DNA of 64,000 nt from Bdellovibrionales bacterium (GCA_965217115.1 OZ244239.1:224001-288000), one strand, 5' to 3'; counted from the stretch's first letter, positions 18,647-29,145 are shown. Notes: generated by a model from the sequence alone, not told the origin. Numbers and translations are program-made.

Positions 18647-20250
18647 TGCCTTTGCCTCCCTTGATCTGCAATGTGTTTAGATAAAAATATCAAAGGAATC
18701 AACCCTAAAAGAACAATCATCACAGATGGCAGCGCCGCTCTCTCCCACTCCCCCTCTGAAGTGAGTTCGTAGATCCTCACTGACAGAGTGTCCCAACCAA
18801 ATGGTCTCATCATAAGCGTAATGGGCATCTCCTTCATCGTGTCAATCATCACGAGTAAGAAACCCACCATGAGGCTCTTAGATAAAAGAGGAGCGTGAAT
18901 TCTCCTTAATATCTTCCATTGGCTCGCCCCCATATTTTGGGCCACTTCATCCAGAGAACGATCAATCTCATCACTCTCACTGGAAATATTTTGATAACTA
19001 ACTGCAAGAAACTTAACAATCAAAACAATCAATAGGAGAACAACAGACCCTGAGGTCAAAGCAAGAACATCCCAGCCAAGTAGGTACTCTTGCAATAATA
19101 AAATAGAAGTAAATGCTCCAACGGCCAACACTGGACCAGGCACAGCGTATCCCAACATAGATATTTTTAAAAGATTTCGGTTAAAAGAACTCCTGTCAAA
19201 CCGTCTTCCTGCAACTAACAGGAAGGACAAACTCACTACACACAGGCCCACCATGATTGCCAAGGTCAGAGAATTAAACAACTCTCCCCAATGGCTTACC
19301 TGCTCTGTTAAACCCGCTTCAGCCCAAATTAATATTTGAATAAAGGGAATAATAAACCCTATAAGAACAATTCCAGAACAGTAACAGGGCATAAGAATTC
19401 TTCCCAAAATACCTGGTTTTTTCAATCTTAACCCCGTATAAGATGTCTCACCATGGGAGTTAAACTTCACCTGTTCTCGATAGCGATTCTCCAACATAAG
19501 AAGAATGAAGACAACAGAGATTAACATCACAGATAATTGAGCCGCCGAATTAAAAGAGAAAAACCCATGCCATAATTTATAAATAGCCGTGGTAAAAGTA
19601 TCGTAATTAAACACAGACACTGCGCCGAAATCAGAGATCGTCTCCATCAGTACCAAGGCCAATGAAGCCATAATCCAGGGGGATGCCATCGGCAACGTCA
19701 CTCGTGTCATTCTCTTCCATCTACCGATACCCAGGCTGCGTCCAACCTCTTCATAGGTTCTTCCTTGGGAGATAAAAGCGTTATAGGAGGTCAAATAGAT
19801 ATACGGAAATAGCGATAACGACAGCGACACAACAAGTCCTGCATAGGAGCGAACTTCAGGGATTTGCCAATCAAGAGTTTCGCGGAAAAATGTCGCCAGA
19901 GGACTGCTGTAATCTAAGAGGCCGATAAGAACAAAGGCCAGCACATAGGCCGGCATACTTAGAGGCAGAACAGCCGCCCATTTAAAAAACCTTGCCCCAA
20001 AAAACCGATATCGAGCAAGTATCCATGCCAAGGACACACCTATTGCCGTAGATAAAAGACCCACACCAAAAATCAAGCTCAGCGTATTACCTATTAATTC
20101 CAGAAGTAGGTGGTCAAATAAATGCCGCCAAATGCCAGTGTCAAATAAGAAAAACTGACTCAATAAAAAGAGAAGCGGGCCTATAATAAATATTGAGGTT
20201 AACAACGAGAGGTGCTTCCATGAGTAGTTAAATACAGACGGCATTTTCAA
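18643..20250 (-). CDS. fbpB: Fe3+ ABC transporter permease (FbpB-like)
   Basis: About 12 TM segments, two EAA-like loops (EEVGRSLG, DEVAQNMG), SDFGAV, KEMPITLMMRPF. Confidence 0.9.
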   Translation of the reverse strand: MKMPSVFNYSWKHLSLLTSIFIIGPLLFLLSQFFLFDTGIWRHLFDHLLLELIGNTLSLIFGVGLLSTAIGVSLAWILARYRFFGARFFKWAAVLPLSMPAYVLAFVLIGLLDYSSPLATFFRETLDWQIPEVRSYAGLVVSLSLSLFPYIYLTSYNAFISQGRTYEEVGRSLGIGRWKRMTRVTLPMASPWIMASLALVLMETISDFGAVSVFNYDTFTTAIYKLWHGFFSFNSAAQLSVMLISVVFILLMLENRYREQVKFNSHGETSYTGLRLKKPGILGRILMPCYCSGIVLIGFIIPFIQILIWAEAGLTEQVSHWGELFNSLTLAIMVGLCVVSLSFLLVAGRRFDRSSFNRNLLKISMLGYAVPGPVLAVGAFTSILLLQEYLLGWDVLALTSGSVVLLLIVLIVKFLAVSYQNISSESDEIDRSLDEVAQNMGASQWKILRRIHAPLLSKSLMVGFLLVMIDTMKEMPITLMMRPFGWDTLSVRIYELTSEGEWERAALPSVMIVLLGLIPLIFLSKHIADQGRQRH

Positions 20251-20251
20251 A

Positions 20252-21292
20252 CTACTTGTAACTCACTTCATCCATTAATCTTATAGCCGATGTCTGCAAC
20301 TCGCCAGCCCGAACTAGATTTAGATTATCTTGTTTAAAACTCCCCCAAGACTTAACGATCGGAGACGGTTTCACTTTTGGATTGACTGGATACTCCATAT
20401 TCACATCGGCAAAGATCTTTTGTGCTCTTGCACCCGATAGCCACTCTAATAGCCTCTGCGCCATTTTCTTCTTCTTACTGTATTTAATAATTCCTGCACC
20501 AGAAATATTCACATGAACGCCACGATCCCTCTGATTAGGCCAGAATAGTTTTAGATTCAGGGCTTTTTTCTTTGCATGCAAACGACCTAAATAATAAGTA
20601 TTCCCAATACCCACATCGCATTGCCCCGCTGCAATGGCCTCCATCATTTTAGTATCACTAGAAAAGACAGGGGTTGCTAGGTTTCTAATCCACCCTTGAA
20701 GAACGCTTCTTGTTTTCTGTCTTCCCAAGTGAGCTATCATTGTTGCAACCAGAGATTGGTTGTAGACTTTTTTAGATGTCCGCAGACATAATCGCCCCTT
20801 CCATTTTGGGAGTGATAGGTTCTCATAGGTCGAGAGCTCCGATGCCTTCACCTTATTGGTATTATACACAATCGTTCTGGCACGAACGGAGAGTCCAAAC
20901 CAATGGCCATCATGATCTCGCAGATGGTTTGGAATGTTTTTGCTCAGTATAGAACTTTTTATCCCCGTGAAAAGGCCCTTCACCTCAGCCGCCCAGAGGT
21001 TTCCAGCGTCCACCGTTATCAACATATCAGCCTGGGTGTTCTTGCCTTCAGCCAATAGTCGCTGTAGCAATACAGCCGCCTTGCCCGTTGTATAATTCAC
21101 TGCAATGCCTGTCTCCCTCTTAAACTCCTCCAAAACAGGTTTTAATAGATGTTCTTTTCGGGCTGAATAAACAACCAGTTCTTTTGTCCAGACCGTCTGT
21201 ACAAGTGATAGTATGATCGTAAATAAAAAAACCCAGCCCATCCATTTAGATTCCATAGTGATAGAGGGATAGCTTAGTTGGTGTTTAACCAC
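20252..21292 (-). CDS. futA: Fe3+ ABC transporter substrate-binding protein (FutA/IdiA/FbpA-like)
   Basis: VYSARKEHL, ITVDAGNL, WFGLSVRAR, YNQSLVA, NTYY iron-binding tyrosines, HVNISGAG, NMEYP. True start may be downstream. Confidence 0.9.
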   Translation of the reverse strand: MVKHQLSYPSITMESKWMGWVFLFTIILSLVQTVWTKELVVYSARKEHLLKPVLEEFKRETGIAVNYTTGKAAVLLQRLLAEGKNTQADMLITVDAGNLWAAEVKGLFTGIKSSILSKNIPNHLRDHDGHWFGLSVRARTIVYNTNKVKASELSTYENLSLPKWKGRLCLRTSKKVYNQSLVATMIAHLGRQKTRSVLQGWIRNLATPVFSSDTKMMEAIAAGQCDVGIGNTYYLGRLHAKKKALNLKLFWPNQRDRGVHVNISGAGIIKYSKKKKMAQRLLEWLSGARAQKIFADVNMEYPVNPKVKPSPIVKSWGSFKQDNLNLVRAGELQTSAIRLMDEVSYK

Positions 21293-21485
21293 AATTAGTC
21301 TTGGCCAATAGGAGTTAAGTGAAAGCTAAGTGAAAAAGACACACCCCCGTTCAATGCCTCTGGTTTGTAGGTGTCGACAAGATAAAATAATCAAATTCAA
21401 TAAAAGCTGTATAAAACACGTTTAAACAACGCTCCCATTCATATTTAAGTTTATCTTTAGACGTCGTCGTAGTTAAATCAAGACT

Positions 21486-22259
21486 ATGGGTTCCTATGAA
21501 GTGCATCTACTACCGGCATTAAATGATAATTATATTCCCATTATCTGTGATTTATCCTCAAACTCAGCCCTCGTCATTGACCCTGCTTGTTCTGCAACTG
21601 TTGAAGGCTTCCTCTCTAGACAGAATCTGAAACTCACCCACATACTCAATACCCATCACCACCATGATCATGTTGGTGGAAATCTTGATCTGAAGCGAAA
21701 ACATCCCCAGGTGTGCATTATCGGCATTGATGTTGATGCCCAACGTATTCCTGGAATTGATCGGCGGTGTAGCGAAGGAGAAGTTCTTAAATTTGGTGAT
21801 CTCTCAGCCCAGGTTCTCTTTGTACCCGGACATACTTTAGGACATTGCGCCTATTATTTCTCTGAACTCACCGCCGTTTTTAGTGGTGACGTTTTATTCT
21901 CTTGCGGTTGTGGCCGTTTATTTGAAGGGACCCCCCATCAAATGTGGCAGAGTCTCCTTAAGCTCCGTCAGTTACCCGATGACACCCTTGTTTATTGTGC
22001 CCATGAGTACACACTTGCAAACATTGAATTTGCCCTGTCTATTCTGCCAGAAGATAAGAATCTCTTAGAATTTCAAAGAAAAAGCGCTTTACGACGCCAC
22101 AACGGACAGCCCACGATTCCAACAACGATTGGTGTTGAAAAAGCTTTAAATCCATTTTTACGAGCTGATTCCCCTGAAATACAGGAGTTCTTGGGTATAA
22201 AAGATCAGAATGCAGAGAAAACATTCCTTCAGTTAAGAAAACTTAAAGATCAACATTGA
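21486..22259 (+). CDS. gloB: Hydroxyacylglutathione hydrolase (glyoxalase II)
   Basis: DNY, THHHHDHVGG, PGHTLGH, FSGDVLFSCGCGRLFEG, CAHEYT, NPFLR. Confidence 0.95.
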   Translation: MGSYEVHLLPALNDNYIPIICDLSSNSALVIDPACSATVEGFLSRQNLKLTHILNTHHHHDHVGGNLDLKRKHPQVCIIGIDVDAQRIPGIDRRCSEGEVLKFGDLSAQVLFVPGHTLGHCAYYFSELTAVFSGDVLFSCGCGRLFEGTPHQMWQSLLKLRQLPDDTLVYCAHEYTLANIEFALSILPEDKNLLEFQRKSALRRHNGQPTIPTTIGVEKALNPFLRADSPEIQEFLGIKDQNAEKTFLQLRKLKDQH

Positions 22260-22323
22260 TTTTTCCCTCGAATTTGCCAAGATAACATGAGTTTTTACGG
22301 AATTTTATTTTTAGGAGTCATCC

Positions 22324-24000
22324 ATGGTTCGTATTCCCACCCTATTACTCTCCCTCATTTTATTGAGTCTCCATGTTTATTCTTCTAACCCCCTCCGTCC
22401 TATTCGGGCTGATAATCCCCGGGATACAATGCGTACTTTCATGGAAGCCATGAATCATTACCGCCAGGGAGTTCAGGAGAACAACCCAGACCTTAAAGCT
22501 GATCTCAAACGTGCTATTTCATGTTTAGATTTAAGGGAGACACCCTACCTCCTGCGCCAAGAGACTGGAAAAGAAGCCGCCATACTTATAAAAGAAGTTA
22601 TTGATCGTGTCATTGTGATTGATTACGCCAAAATTCCCGAAACTATCGAAGGAAGAAATTTCTGGCGACTTAAGAACACCAATATTCGTATCACCAAAGT
22701 AGACACAGGCGAACATACAGGTGAATGGCTCTTTAGCCCAAGCACTGTTAATCAAGCCCGTGAGTTCTTTCACAAAATTCGCAATCTCCCCTATCTAGCT
22801 GGAAGCGGACAAGGAGCAAAGTACAAAGAGCCACTTATGCAAAAGCTTATTCCACAATGGGCCAAGAGTAAAACCCTGGGCCTCTATAATTGGCAGTGGT
22901 TCGGAGTGCTCATTGTTACCTTATTTGGAGTGGTTATTCGTCTTCTCGTCTCTCTCGTCTTTTCAATTCTACAAAAGGGCATTACTAAGACAGTGACCCT
23001 CTGGGATGACCGTATTTTCTCTACCATTGAAACTCCCCTCTCACTCATCCTCACCTCTATTTTTTGGTACATTGCGGTGGCAGTTTTACAACTCGAAGGG
23101 CTTTTCCGACAATTTATATTATTGGGCCTACAGATCCTTATCAGCGTCGCTCTGGTGCGTCTAGTCTATCTATTAACTGTTATTTTCTCCGACTATCTTG
23201 AAGACAAGGCCAGAAAAACTGATTTCCCACTGGATGACCAACTTGTTCCACTTATTCGTAAGACTTTAAAGCTTTCAGTCATTGTTCTAGGAGCCCTTAT
23301 CGCTGTACAAAACCTAGGAGTTAATGTTCTCTCATTGCTTGCAGGTCTCGGCCTTGGAGGTCTAGCTCTAGCTATGGCCGCAAAGGACACTGCGGCTAAT
23401 TTGTTTGGCTCAATCATGATTATTCTCGATAAACCCTTTAAGGTCGGTGAGTGGATTGTCTGTGGTGATGTTGAAGGAATTGTTGAAGAGATAGGGTTTC
23501 GCTCGACCCGCGTCCGCACCTTCTATAACTCGGAGGTCTCTGTTCCTAACGCCCAGCTTGCCAGTCAGAATATTGATAATATGGGTAAGAGACAGTACCG
23601 AAGAGTGCGTGCGACTTTAGGGTTAACTTATGATACCTCCCCTGAAAAAATTGAAGCTTTCCTTGAAGGTTTAAGGAATATTGTTTTAACCAACCCATGC
23701 ACTAATAAAGAGAATTTCCAAATCTGCTTTCACAGTTATGGAGATTTTAGTTTGAATATTTTGCTCTATCTATTCTTGGAAGTGCCAAACTGGTCCCGTG
23801 AACTCTTAGAGAGACAAAATATTTTCTTGGAAGTCCTCAAGTTGGCCGAAAAGTTAGAAATTCAATTTGCCTTTCCCACTCAAACGTTGCACGTGGACAG
23901 CTTTCCTGAAAAAAAATCTAATAACATTCCCACTGTCTTAACCTCTGAGGAACTTCGTCAGAAGGCCGAGTCTTTTAAATTTAAAGAGTTAGATACTTGA
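22324..24000 (+). CDS. mscS: MscS family mechanosensitive channel with periplasmic N-terminal domain
   Basis: Signal peptide, NPRDTMRTF, GEWLFS, LAGLGLGGLALAMAAKDTAANLFG, DKPFKVGEWI, IGFRSTRVR, FAFPTQTL. Confidence 0.92.
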   Translation: MVRIPTLLLSLILLSLHVYSSNPLRPIRADNPRDTMRTFMEAMNHYRQGVQENNPDLKADLKRAISCLDLRETPYLLRQETGKEAAILIKEVIDRVIVIDYAKIPETIEGRNFWRLKNTNIRITKVDTGEHTGEWLFSPSTVNQAREFFHKIRNLPYLAGSGQGAKYKEPLMQKLIPQWAKSKTLGLYNWQWFGVLIVTLFGVVIRLLVSLVFSILQKGITKTVTLWDDRIFSTIETPLSLILTSIFWYIAVAVLQLEGLFRQFILLGLQILISVALVRLVYLLTVIFSDYLEDKARKTDFPLDDQLVPLIRKTLKLSVIVLGALIAVQNLGVNVLSLLAGLGLGGLALAMAAKDTAANLFGSIMIILDKPFKVGEWIVCGDVEGIVEEIGFRSTRVRTFYNSEVSVPNAQLASQNIDNMGKRQYRRVRATLGLTYDTSPEKIEAFLEGLRNIVLTNPCTNKENFQICFHSYGDFSLNILLYLFLEVPNWSRELLERQNIFLEVLKLAEKLEIQFAFPTQTLHVDSFPEKKSNNIPTVLTSEELRQKAESFKFKELDT

Positions 24001-24008
24001 AGAGATCT

Positions 24009-24031
24009 CCCCTTAAAATATGCTTAAGGGG
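24009..24031. terminator. Hairpin between convergent genes (possible bidirectional terminator)
   Basis: CCCCTTAA-AATATGC-TTAAGGGG in the 34-nt gap between mscS and the hydrolase gene. Confidence 0.6.
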
Positions 24032-24034
24032 CTA

Positions 24035-25045
24035 TTAAAGATTAAAGGCCTTTTTCCAAGCTCCAAAAAGCAGTCTCGAAATATCTTTTCCATCAATTTT
24101 TCTATTCTTATTCCGCCAGCGTACAAGTCGATTTCCATTGATTTCAAGGCCCCATATAGGGTTTATCATCTCTGGCTCCATTGAGAAACGTGCATTTAGG
24201 ATGATATCTTTATCTCCAGTCACCCAGCCGTCAGTGAACCAGTAGAAATCCTTAATGCTCTCCTTTAATTTGGCATCCACATGGGCAAAAGTGCTCTGAG
24301 GTAGCAAAGCCCTGGATTCACCTTCAACAACTTGATTCTCTCTGTTGGGAAGAATATAAAAGCTGTCAGCAAAAATTTCCCCTCGATAAAGGTAGAGTGA
24401 TCTCCACTGAAACAAATTATTTAATGTGGGCATGGTACGGGCTCTCTCTATCTTGTGTCCCCTTGATTCTGCTAATCTCCTCTGTTCTAAACTTGCCTGG
24501 TGATTTTGCCAAAAACCAAAAGTCGTGTAGAGAGACACAAGCATTAGGGATAGAATCGTGCCCCTCTTTTTCTTAGTTATTTGCGTGTACACACAACCTG
24601 TTAATAAAATACTTGTAAAAAACAAGTCCACTATGGGTAGGACATCCAGTGCGACACGGTACAAAGAGAATGGCCAGAACCAGACAGTTCCGTAGGAAGT
24701 GAATATATCAACGAACCCATGGGTCGCCATGCCCACAAGAACCACCTTATAGTAAAAAGAGAAGGGGGTCTTTCTCTTATAATAGAGCCATAGAAGGAAG
24801 GTAAATAACAGCGAGCCTATGGGAATAAAAAAAAGGGAATGGGTAAAATGACGATGGTAGAACAGACCCACCATTGGGTTTTGATGTAAACCAAAGATCA
24901 CATCTAAGTCAGGAAACATCGCACTCAAGGCGCCTATCCACCACAGGGAGTGGGGTCTCTCTTCTCTATCGATGTTATCACTTTTAGCTGCAAAAACCAT
25001 CTGTGTGGCGGCTGCGCCTAAAAGCCCTTGAGTGACTGGATCCAT
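24035..25045 (-). CDS. Membrane-bound metal-dependent hydrolase (YdjM family)
   Basis: MDPVTQGLLG, PDLD, HRHFTHS, THGFVDIFTSYGT..FWPF, multiple TM segments. Confidence 0.88.
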   Translation of the reverse strand: MDPVTQGLLGAAATQMVFAAKSDNIDREERPHSLWWIGALSAMFPDLDVIFGLHQNPMVGLFYHRHFTHSLFFIPIGSLLFTFLLWLYYKRKTPFSFYYKVVLVGMATHGFVDIFTSYGTVWFWPFSLYRVALDVLPIVDLFFTSILLTGCVYTQITKKKRGTILSLMLVSLYTTFGFWQNHQASLEQRRLAESRGHKIERARTMPTLNNLFQWRSLYLYRGEIFADSFYILPNRENQVVEGESRALLPQSTFAHVDAKLKESIKDFYWFTDGWVTGDKDIILNARFSMEPEMINPIWGLEINGNRLVRWRNKNRKIDGKDISRLLFGAWKKAFNL

Positions 25046-25252
25046 TTAATGAGAGTAGCTTATTTCCGAGCTATTAAGGAAGGATTTCAATGATTTTTTG
25101 ATACACAACGACGTCAGAAGATAAATTCAGATATGGAAATAATGACTCTGTGCATAAAATATCAAGTGACAGTTTAACTCTCATCCCTAAACCCTTGACT
25201 CTTAAACGGCTCCCATGGGACTCCTGTTTTGAAATAACTAAGGAGAAATATT

Positions 25253-27883
25253 ATGTCCCGTCCATCAAGCATATTAACAGCTCTTATTGGAGTCTTTTTC
25301 ATAGGAACCCAGAGCGCTCAAGCTCAAGAGGGAGAGGGCAAAGCCTCTGTTCCCTCTACAAACATTGAGAAGATCCAAGTCACGGGTTCCCACATTAAGC
25401 GGATCAATATAGAAGGCCCCTCCCCTGTTCAAATTCTCGACCGCGAGGATTTAAAACAGAGTGGTTATAACTCCATCTCCGATGTTCTGCGTGATATTTC
25501 AGCCAGTTCTTTTGGAGCCCCCCGCGAAGCTTCTGGAGGTGGAGCTGAAGGTGTGGCGGCGACTGTCAGTCTCAGGGGATTGGGCCCTGATCGCACCCTT
25601 GTTCTTCTCAATGGCAAACGTATTTCCATCGGCCCCGCTGATCTTAATCTCCTGAGCATGGCTGCTGTGGAGCGGATTGAGATTCTTAAGGATGGCGCTT
25701 CTGCCACCTATGGCTCAGATGCTCTTGGGGGAGTTGTCAATATTATCACTCGAAAGGACTATCAGGGCTTCCGCTTTGAGGTTCAACAATCAGCCACTGA
25801 ACTTAAGGGGGGTCAAAAAGGTCATTTTAACTTTATGACTGGACACAACACACGAAAATTTTCAAGCCTGGCTGTTCTGAGTTACAAGAACAACGACATT
25901 ATTTATGATCGTGATCGCAAATGGACGTATTTAACAAATAAGGATCGTTTTAGCACTCTTGGCAATCCTGGCAGTTTCTACAATACAACTCCTGTGACCC
26001 AAGAGGATGGAACAATCGTCGATGAAGCAACGGGGCTTATGCATGCTGATCCTGAGTGTCCTGCGAGTCTTCTCGTCCAGGATGCCAATGGCGAGCACTG
26101 TGCCTTTAATTGGTCAGAATTTTCCACGTCTCTACCAGAGATAAAACAACTGGCCTTCCTAGGGGATTCAACCTACGAGTGGTCTCCTGGTCATAAGATT
26201 TTTTCCCGTCTAAGCTATGTTCAACGTCAGGTCAAATACATCTATGCATCCACCCCTGATATCTTCAATATCCCAAATCCTGGAAATCTACCTGATGCTA
26301 CGAGTGATCCCATTCAAGCCCTCTATCGCTTGACCGATCTAGGTGACAGGGTCAGTGAACTCACATCAGATGTTTTTGGTCTCCTCCTCGGAACTTCGGG
26401 TGAAGTCGGAGCCAGCTGGGAGTGGACTGCTGAGGCCAATATTCGTCAAGAAGACACGGTGGATCGTGGCACCAACGGTTTTGCCCGCAAAGATGTCCTA
26501 AGTGAATTGATCGCTACAGGGGTGTACAGCCCTTTTGCAGCAGGTGATAAGGGGGATGTCTCTTCAGCTGCCCATGTCAGTGAAGCCAAGGATCACAAGT
26601 TGGTTTACAACTTAGAACTTAAGGCCGCAGGTGAGATCATGGACCTTCAACACGGTCCCCTCAATATCGCTGTTGGCACAGTGGGTTCCTGGGAAGAATT
26701 TGAAACGACGGTGGACGATGTCACGAAGGCGGGGAACCTCTATGGAGGTGCTGGTACCGAAGGAGAAGGTTCTCGTAATATCCAATCCCTCTACACCGAG
26801 CTCTCGGCCAATGTGCTTCCCAACCTCGAAGTTCAGTGGGCAGGTCGAATTGATCACTACAATGATTTTGGCACAACGGCCAATCCTAAATTGGCTTTGC
26901 GTTGGCAAGTTCGCCCGGATCTTCTTATACGTAGTTCTGCAGGCACTGGCTTTCGCGCGCCCACCACTGACAACCTCCATGCAGGAGAAAGTTATGGCTA
27001 TCCCACCTTTATTGATCACGTCTCTTGTGATAGACAGAAGAAGGCAAACGGTGGTGATATCGACCGAGGGAACACTCCCGATTGCTTTGCGAAACAATAT
27101 AAAGTTCGGAGTGATGGCAACAAAGATCTCGAAGAAGAGAAATCCACATCCTACAATATCGGAGCTGTTTACCAACCGACGAAGAACCTTAGTTTTGGCC
27201 TTGATCTTTGGAAGATGCAAATTAAAAATTCCATTGGAGTTAGTTATGGAGCCATCACCCAGGCTGAATTTGCAGGGTCTGATTTAGGAGCCCACGGCAT
27301 TAAGATTGATCGTTCGACTGATGATAATGGTACTCCTGATGATCCTAGTGATGATATCCAGAACGTTGGGACTTTGAAGCAAATAACAGCCCCCTTGCTT
27401 AATCTCTCCCAAACTGATCTTTCAGGTCTTGATCTTGTGGGAGAGTACAACTTTCGCGCTCCCTATCTATCAAAGACAAAAGCTCAATTTCGTTTAGAAA
27501 GCTCTGTTCTCTTTGAGTACAAAGAGACCCCTTTCCCTGGATCTGTCACTGTTGATGAAATCGACATGAGCGGCTCTCCTCAATGGAAGAGCTCTGCTTC
27601 CCTGGCCCTGTCCCGCCATGCCCATTCCCTGTATCTATTGGCAAGAACGATTGCTGGCCAAGAAAAAGAGGTGCGAGAATGGGGTCGTATTCCTGAACAC
27701 ACAGAGTGGGATTTACAGTACAAATACAGCGGCGAGCACTACGGAGCAGTGACAGTGGGAGTGAAAAACCTTTTCGGAGACACTCCACCCATTGACGATT
27801 CAAAGGACGCTGATCAGGGAAACACCGATCTCTACGAGGAAGTGGGAAGATACGTCTATGTCAATTACTCCTACGAAATATGA
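25253..27883 (+). CDS. TonB-dependent receptor
   Basis: Signal peptide, TonB box EKIQVTGS, plug motifs LRGLG..RTLVLLNG and ERIEILKDGASATYGSDALGGVVNIITRK, GFRAP, VKNLF, C-terminal YVNYSYEI. Confidence 0.95.
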   Translation: MSRPSSILTALIGVFFIGTQSAQAQEGEGKASVPSTNIEKIQVTGSHIKRINIEGPSPVQILDREDLKQSGYNSISDVLRDISASSFGAPREASGGGAEGVAATVSLRGLGPDRTLVLLNGKRISIGPADLNLLSMAAVERIEILKDGASATYGSDALGGVVNIITRKDYQGFRFEVQQSATELKGGQKGHFNFMTGHNTRKFSSLAVLSYKNNDIIYDRDRKWTYLTNKDRFSTLGNPGSFYNTTPVTQEDGTIVDEATGLMHADPECPASLLVQDANGEHCAFNWSEFSTSLPEIKQLAFLGDSTYEWSPGHKIFSRLSYVQRQVKYIYASTPDIFNIPNPGNLPDATSDPIQALYRLTDLGDRVSELTSDVFGLLLGTSGEVGASWEWTAEANIRQEDTVDRGTNGFARKDVLSELIATGVYSPFAAGDKGDVSSAAHVSEAKDHKLVYNLELKAAGEIMDLQHGPLNIAVGTVGSWEEFETTVDDVTKAGNLYGGAGTEGEGSRNIQSLYTELSANVLPNLEVQWAGRIDHYNDFGTTANPKLALRWQVRPDLLIRSSAGTGFRAPTTDNLHAGESYGYPTFIDHVSCDRQKKANGGDIDRGNTPDCFAKQYKVRSDGNKDLEEEKSTSYNIGAVYQPTKNLSFGLDLWKMQIKNSIGVSYGAITQAEFAGSDLGAHGIKIDRSTDDNGTPDDPSDDIQNVGTLKQITAPLLNLSQTDLSGLDLVGEYNFRAPYLSKTKAQFRLESSVLFEYKETPFPGSVTVDEIDMSGSPQWKSSASLALSRHAHSLYLLARTIAGQEKEVREWGRIPEHTEWDLQYKYSGEHYGAVTVGVKNLFGDTPPIDDSKDADQGNTDLYEEVGRYVYVNYSYEI

Positions 27884-27927
27884 GCCCAGTAACACTTCTC
27901 TAATCACACCCCATTGAAAATGACGAC

Positions 27928-27949
27928 GGAAGGTCTCTATTGACCTTCC
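27928..27949 (+). terminator. Hairpin after the TonB-dependent receptor gene
   Basis: GGAAGGTC-TCTATT-GACCTTCC, with only a weak T tail. Confidence 0.45.
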
Positions 27950-27987
27950 TTAGTCAGTTAAGTTAAAACACGACTGTGATCTTTTCT

Positions 27988-28061
27988 GGTGGTGTAGCCA
28001 AGAGGCTAGGCAGCGGATTGCAAATCCGTCGACGTCGGTTCGAATCCGGCCACCACCTCCA
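27988..28061 (+). tRNA. tRNA-Cys (GCA)
   Basis: Acceptor GGTGGTG/CACCACC, anticodon arm GCGGA-TTGCAAA-TCCGT, T arm GTCGG-TTCGAAT-CCGGC, discriminator T, encoded CCA. 74 nt. Confidence 0.97.
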
Positions 28062-28161
28062 ATCTAGAGTTTTCTAAAGACTTAAACCAAAGAATCAGAG
28101 TTTCGCTAATTCGGAGTATCTAATGACTTTAACAACTCGACAGAGGGATAGTTTTTTGGTT

Positions 28162-28270
28162 TTAGTAACGAAAATCAAATAGTGTAGACTCTTTTACACC
28201 CGGTAATCTAGCAATGGTTCTCAAAGTCGTCGCCTTTGGATCGCTCTTGCCAGATACAATGACGTGTTTG
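28162..28270 (-). pseudogene. Fragment of an XRE-family HTH gene (C-terminal half only)
   Basis: Minus strand reads KHVIVSGKSDPKATTLRTIARLPGVKESTLFDFRY*, resembling the XRE 'G..P...L..IA..LGV....LF' tail. No start codon N-terminal to the motif. Confidence 0.5.
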
Positions 28271-28312
28271 CAAAAAAATTCTATTTTCGTTACCTGTAGG
28301 CATTAAAATCTG

Positions 28313-28624
28313 CTACGCCACATCTAAACCAACAGACTCAACACTCATTTTAACCCTCAAACCAAATACCTTTTGCAAATACTTATCAATGGACTTGGTG
28401 GAGATTTTTTTTCTCCCTTGCACAAAATCTGACACATACTGGATAGAGAGTTCCGCTCTATCGGCAAAAGCTTGAAGCCCCATAGAGGTGATCGTCACCC
28501 TCAAAGTATCTTCCAAACCCATGCCCTCTTCATTAATCAAAGTTGTCACATAGGCTTGGGAAAATTCGAGATCCTCAAATTCAGATGCCACCAATTCATT
28601 AAAATCCTTGTGCCTATTTGCCAT
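28313..28624 (-). CDS. HTH protein, addiction-module antidote-like antitoxin
   Basis: D..F..AY N-terminus, then MGLQAFADRAELSIQYVSDFVQG HTH. GGAGGAG RBS. Confidence 0.65.
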   Translation of the reverse strand: MANRHKDFNELVASEFEDLEFSQAYVTTLINEEGMGLEDTLRVTITSMGLQAFADRAELSIQYVSDFVQGRKKISTKSIDKYLQKVFGLRVKMSVESVGLDVA

Positions 28625-28653
28625 AACTCCTCCAATACTTAAAGCAAAAAAAT

Positions 28654-28956
28654 CTAAGCGGCAATCTCCACGGTCATTTTGATTTTAGCCTTGCTTAATT
28701 GATCTTGTAGGCAGAGTTTCACTGCTAGTTTTTCAGAGAGCTTCGCTTTTTTAGCAATCCTCAATGCAAGCTTGGGACTGACTAATTGTCGACCCTTTTC
28801 TATATCGCAAACAACACTCTTGGAAACTCCAAGTTTTTTGGCCATATCCACTTGAGTTAAATCCAAGGCCGTTCGAGCTGATCTGAGGAAATCACCAAAA
28901 GACAACTCCCCTATTTCTCTCTTAAGCAAGTTTGATACTTTATTTTTAGTACTCAT
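28654..28956 (-). CDS. XRE-family HTH protein, HigA-like antitoxin
   Basis: LSFGDFLRSAR...LTQVDMAKKLGVSKSVVCDIEKGRQLVS. GGAGG RBS. Overlaps the end of the toxin remnant. Confidence 0.8.
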   Translation of the reverse strand: MSTKNKVSNLLKREIGELSFGDFLRSARTALDLTQVDMAKKLGVSKSVVCDIEKGRQLVSPKLALRIAKKAKLSEKLAVKLCLQDQLSKAKIKMTVEIAA

Positions 28957-29138
28957 GTTTATTAACCTCCAATATCGTGACCATCGTTATTTTCTGCTGA
29001 TCGGTTTCCTTAAATAAGCCTATAGGCTCTATTTAATCTAACGGACCTCTGCCCCTTTCGATGACCCTTTAACGGTTCATCATGATAGGCAAGCTACTTT
29101 GAAAATCTCTTTGTGGCAGTAACTTCAACAGACTTCAT
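28946..29138 (-). pseudogene. Degraded RelE/HigB/YoeB-superfamily mRNA interferase toxin (not in ORF track)
   Basis: MKSVEVTATKRFSK*LAYHDEPLKGHRKGQRSVRLNRAYRLI*, then a frameshift to ETDQQKITMVTILEVNKHEY*. Premature stop, frameshift and apparent internal deletion. Confidence 0.8.
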
Positions 29139-29145
29139 CTATAAC

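Noticed and set aside
21375..21402. Fur box upstream of the Fe3+ ABC operon
   Set aside because: GATAAAATAATCAAATTC matches the 19-bp consensus only with a gap, in AT-rich DNA.
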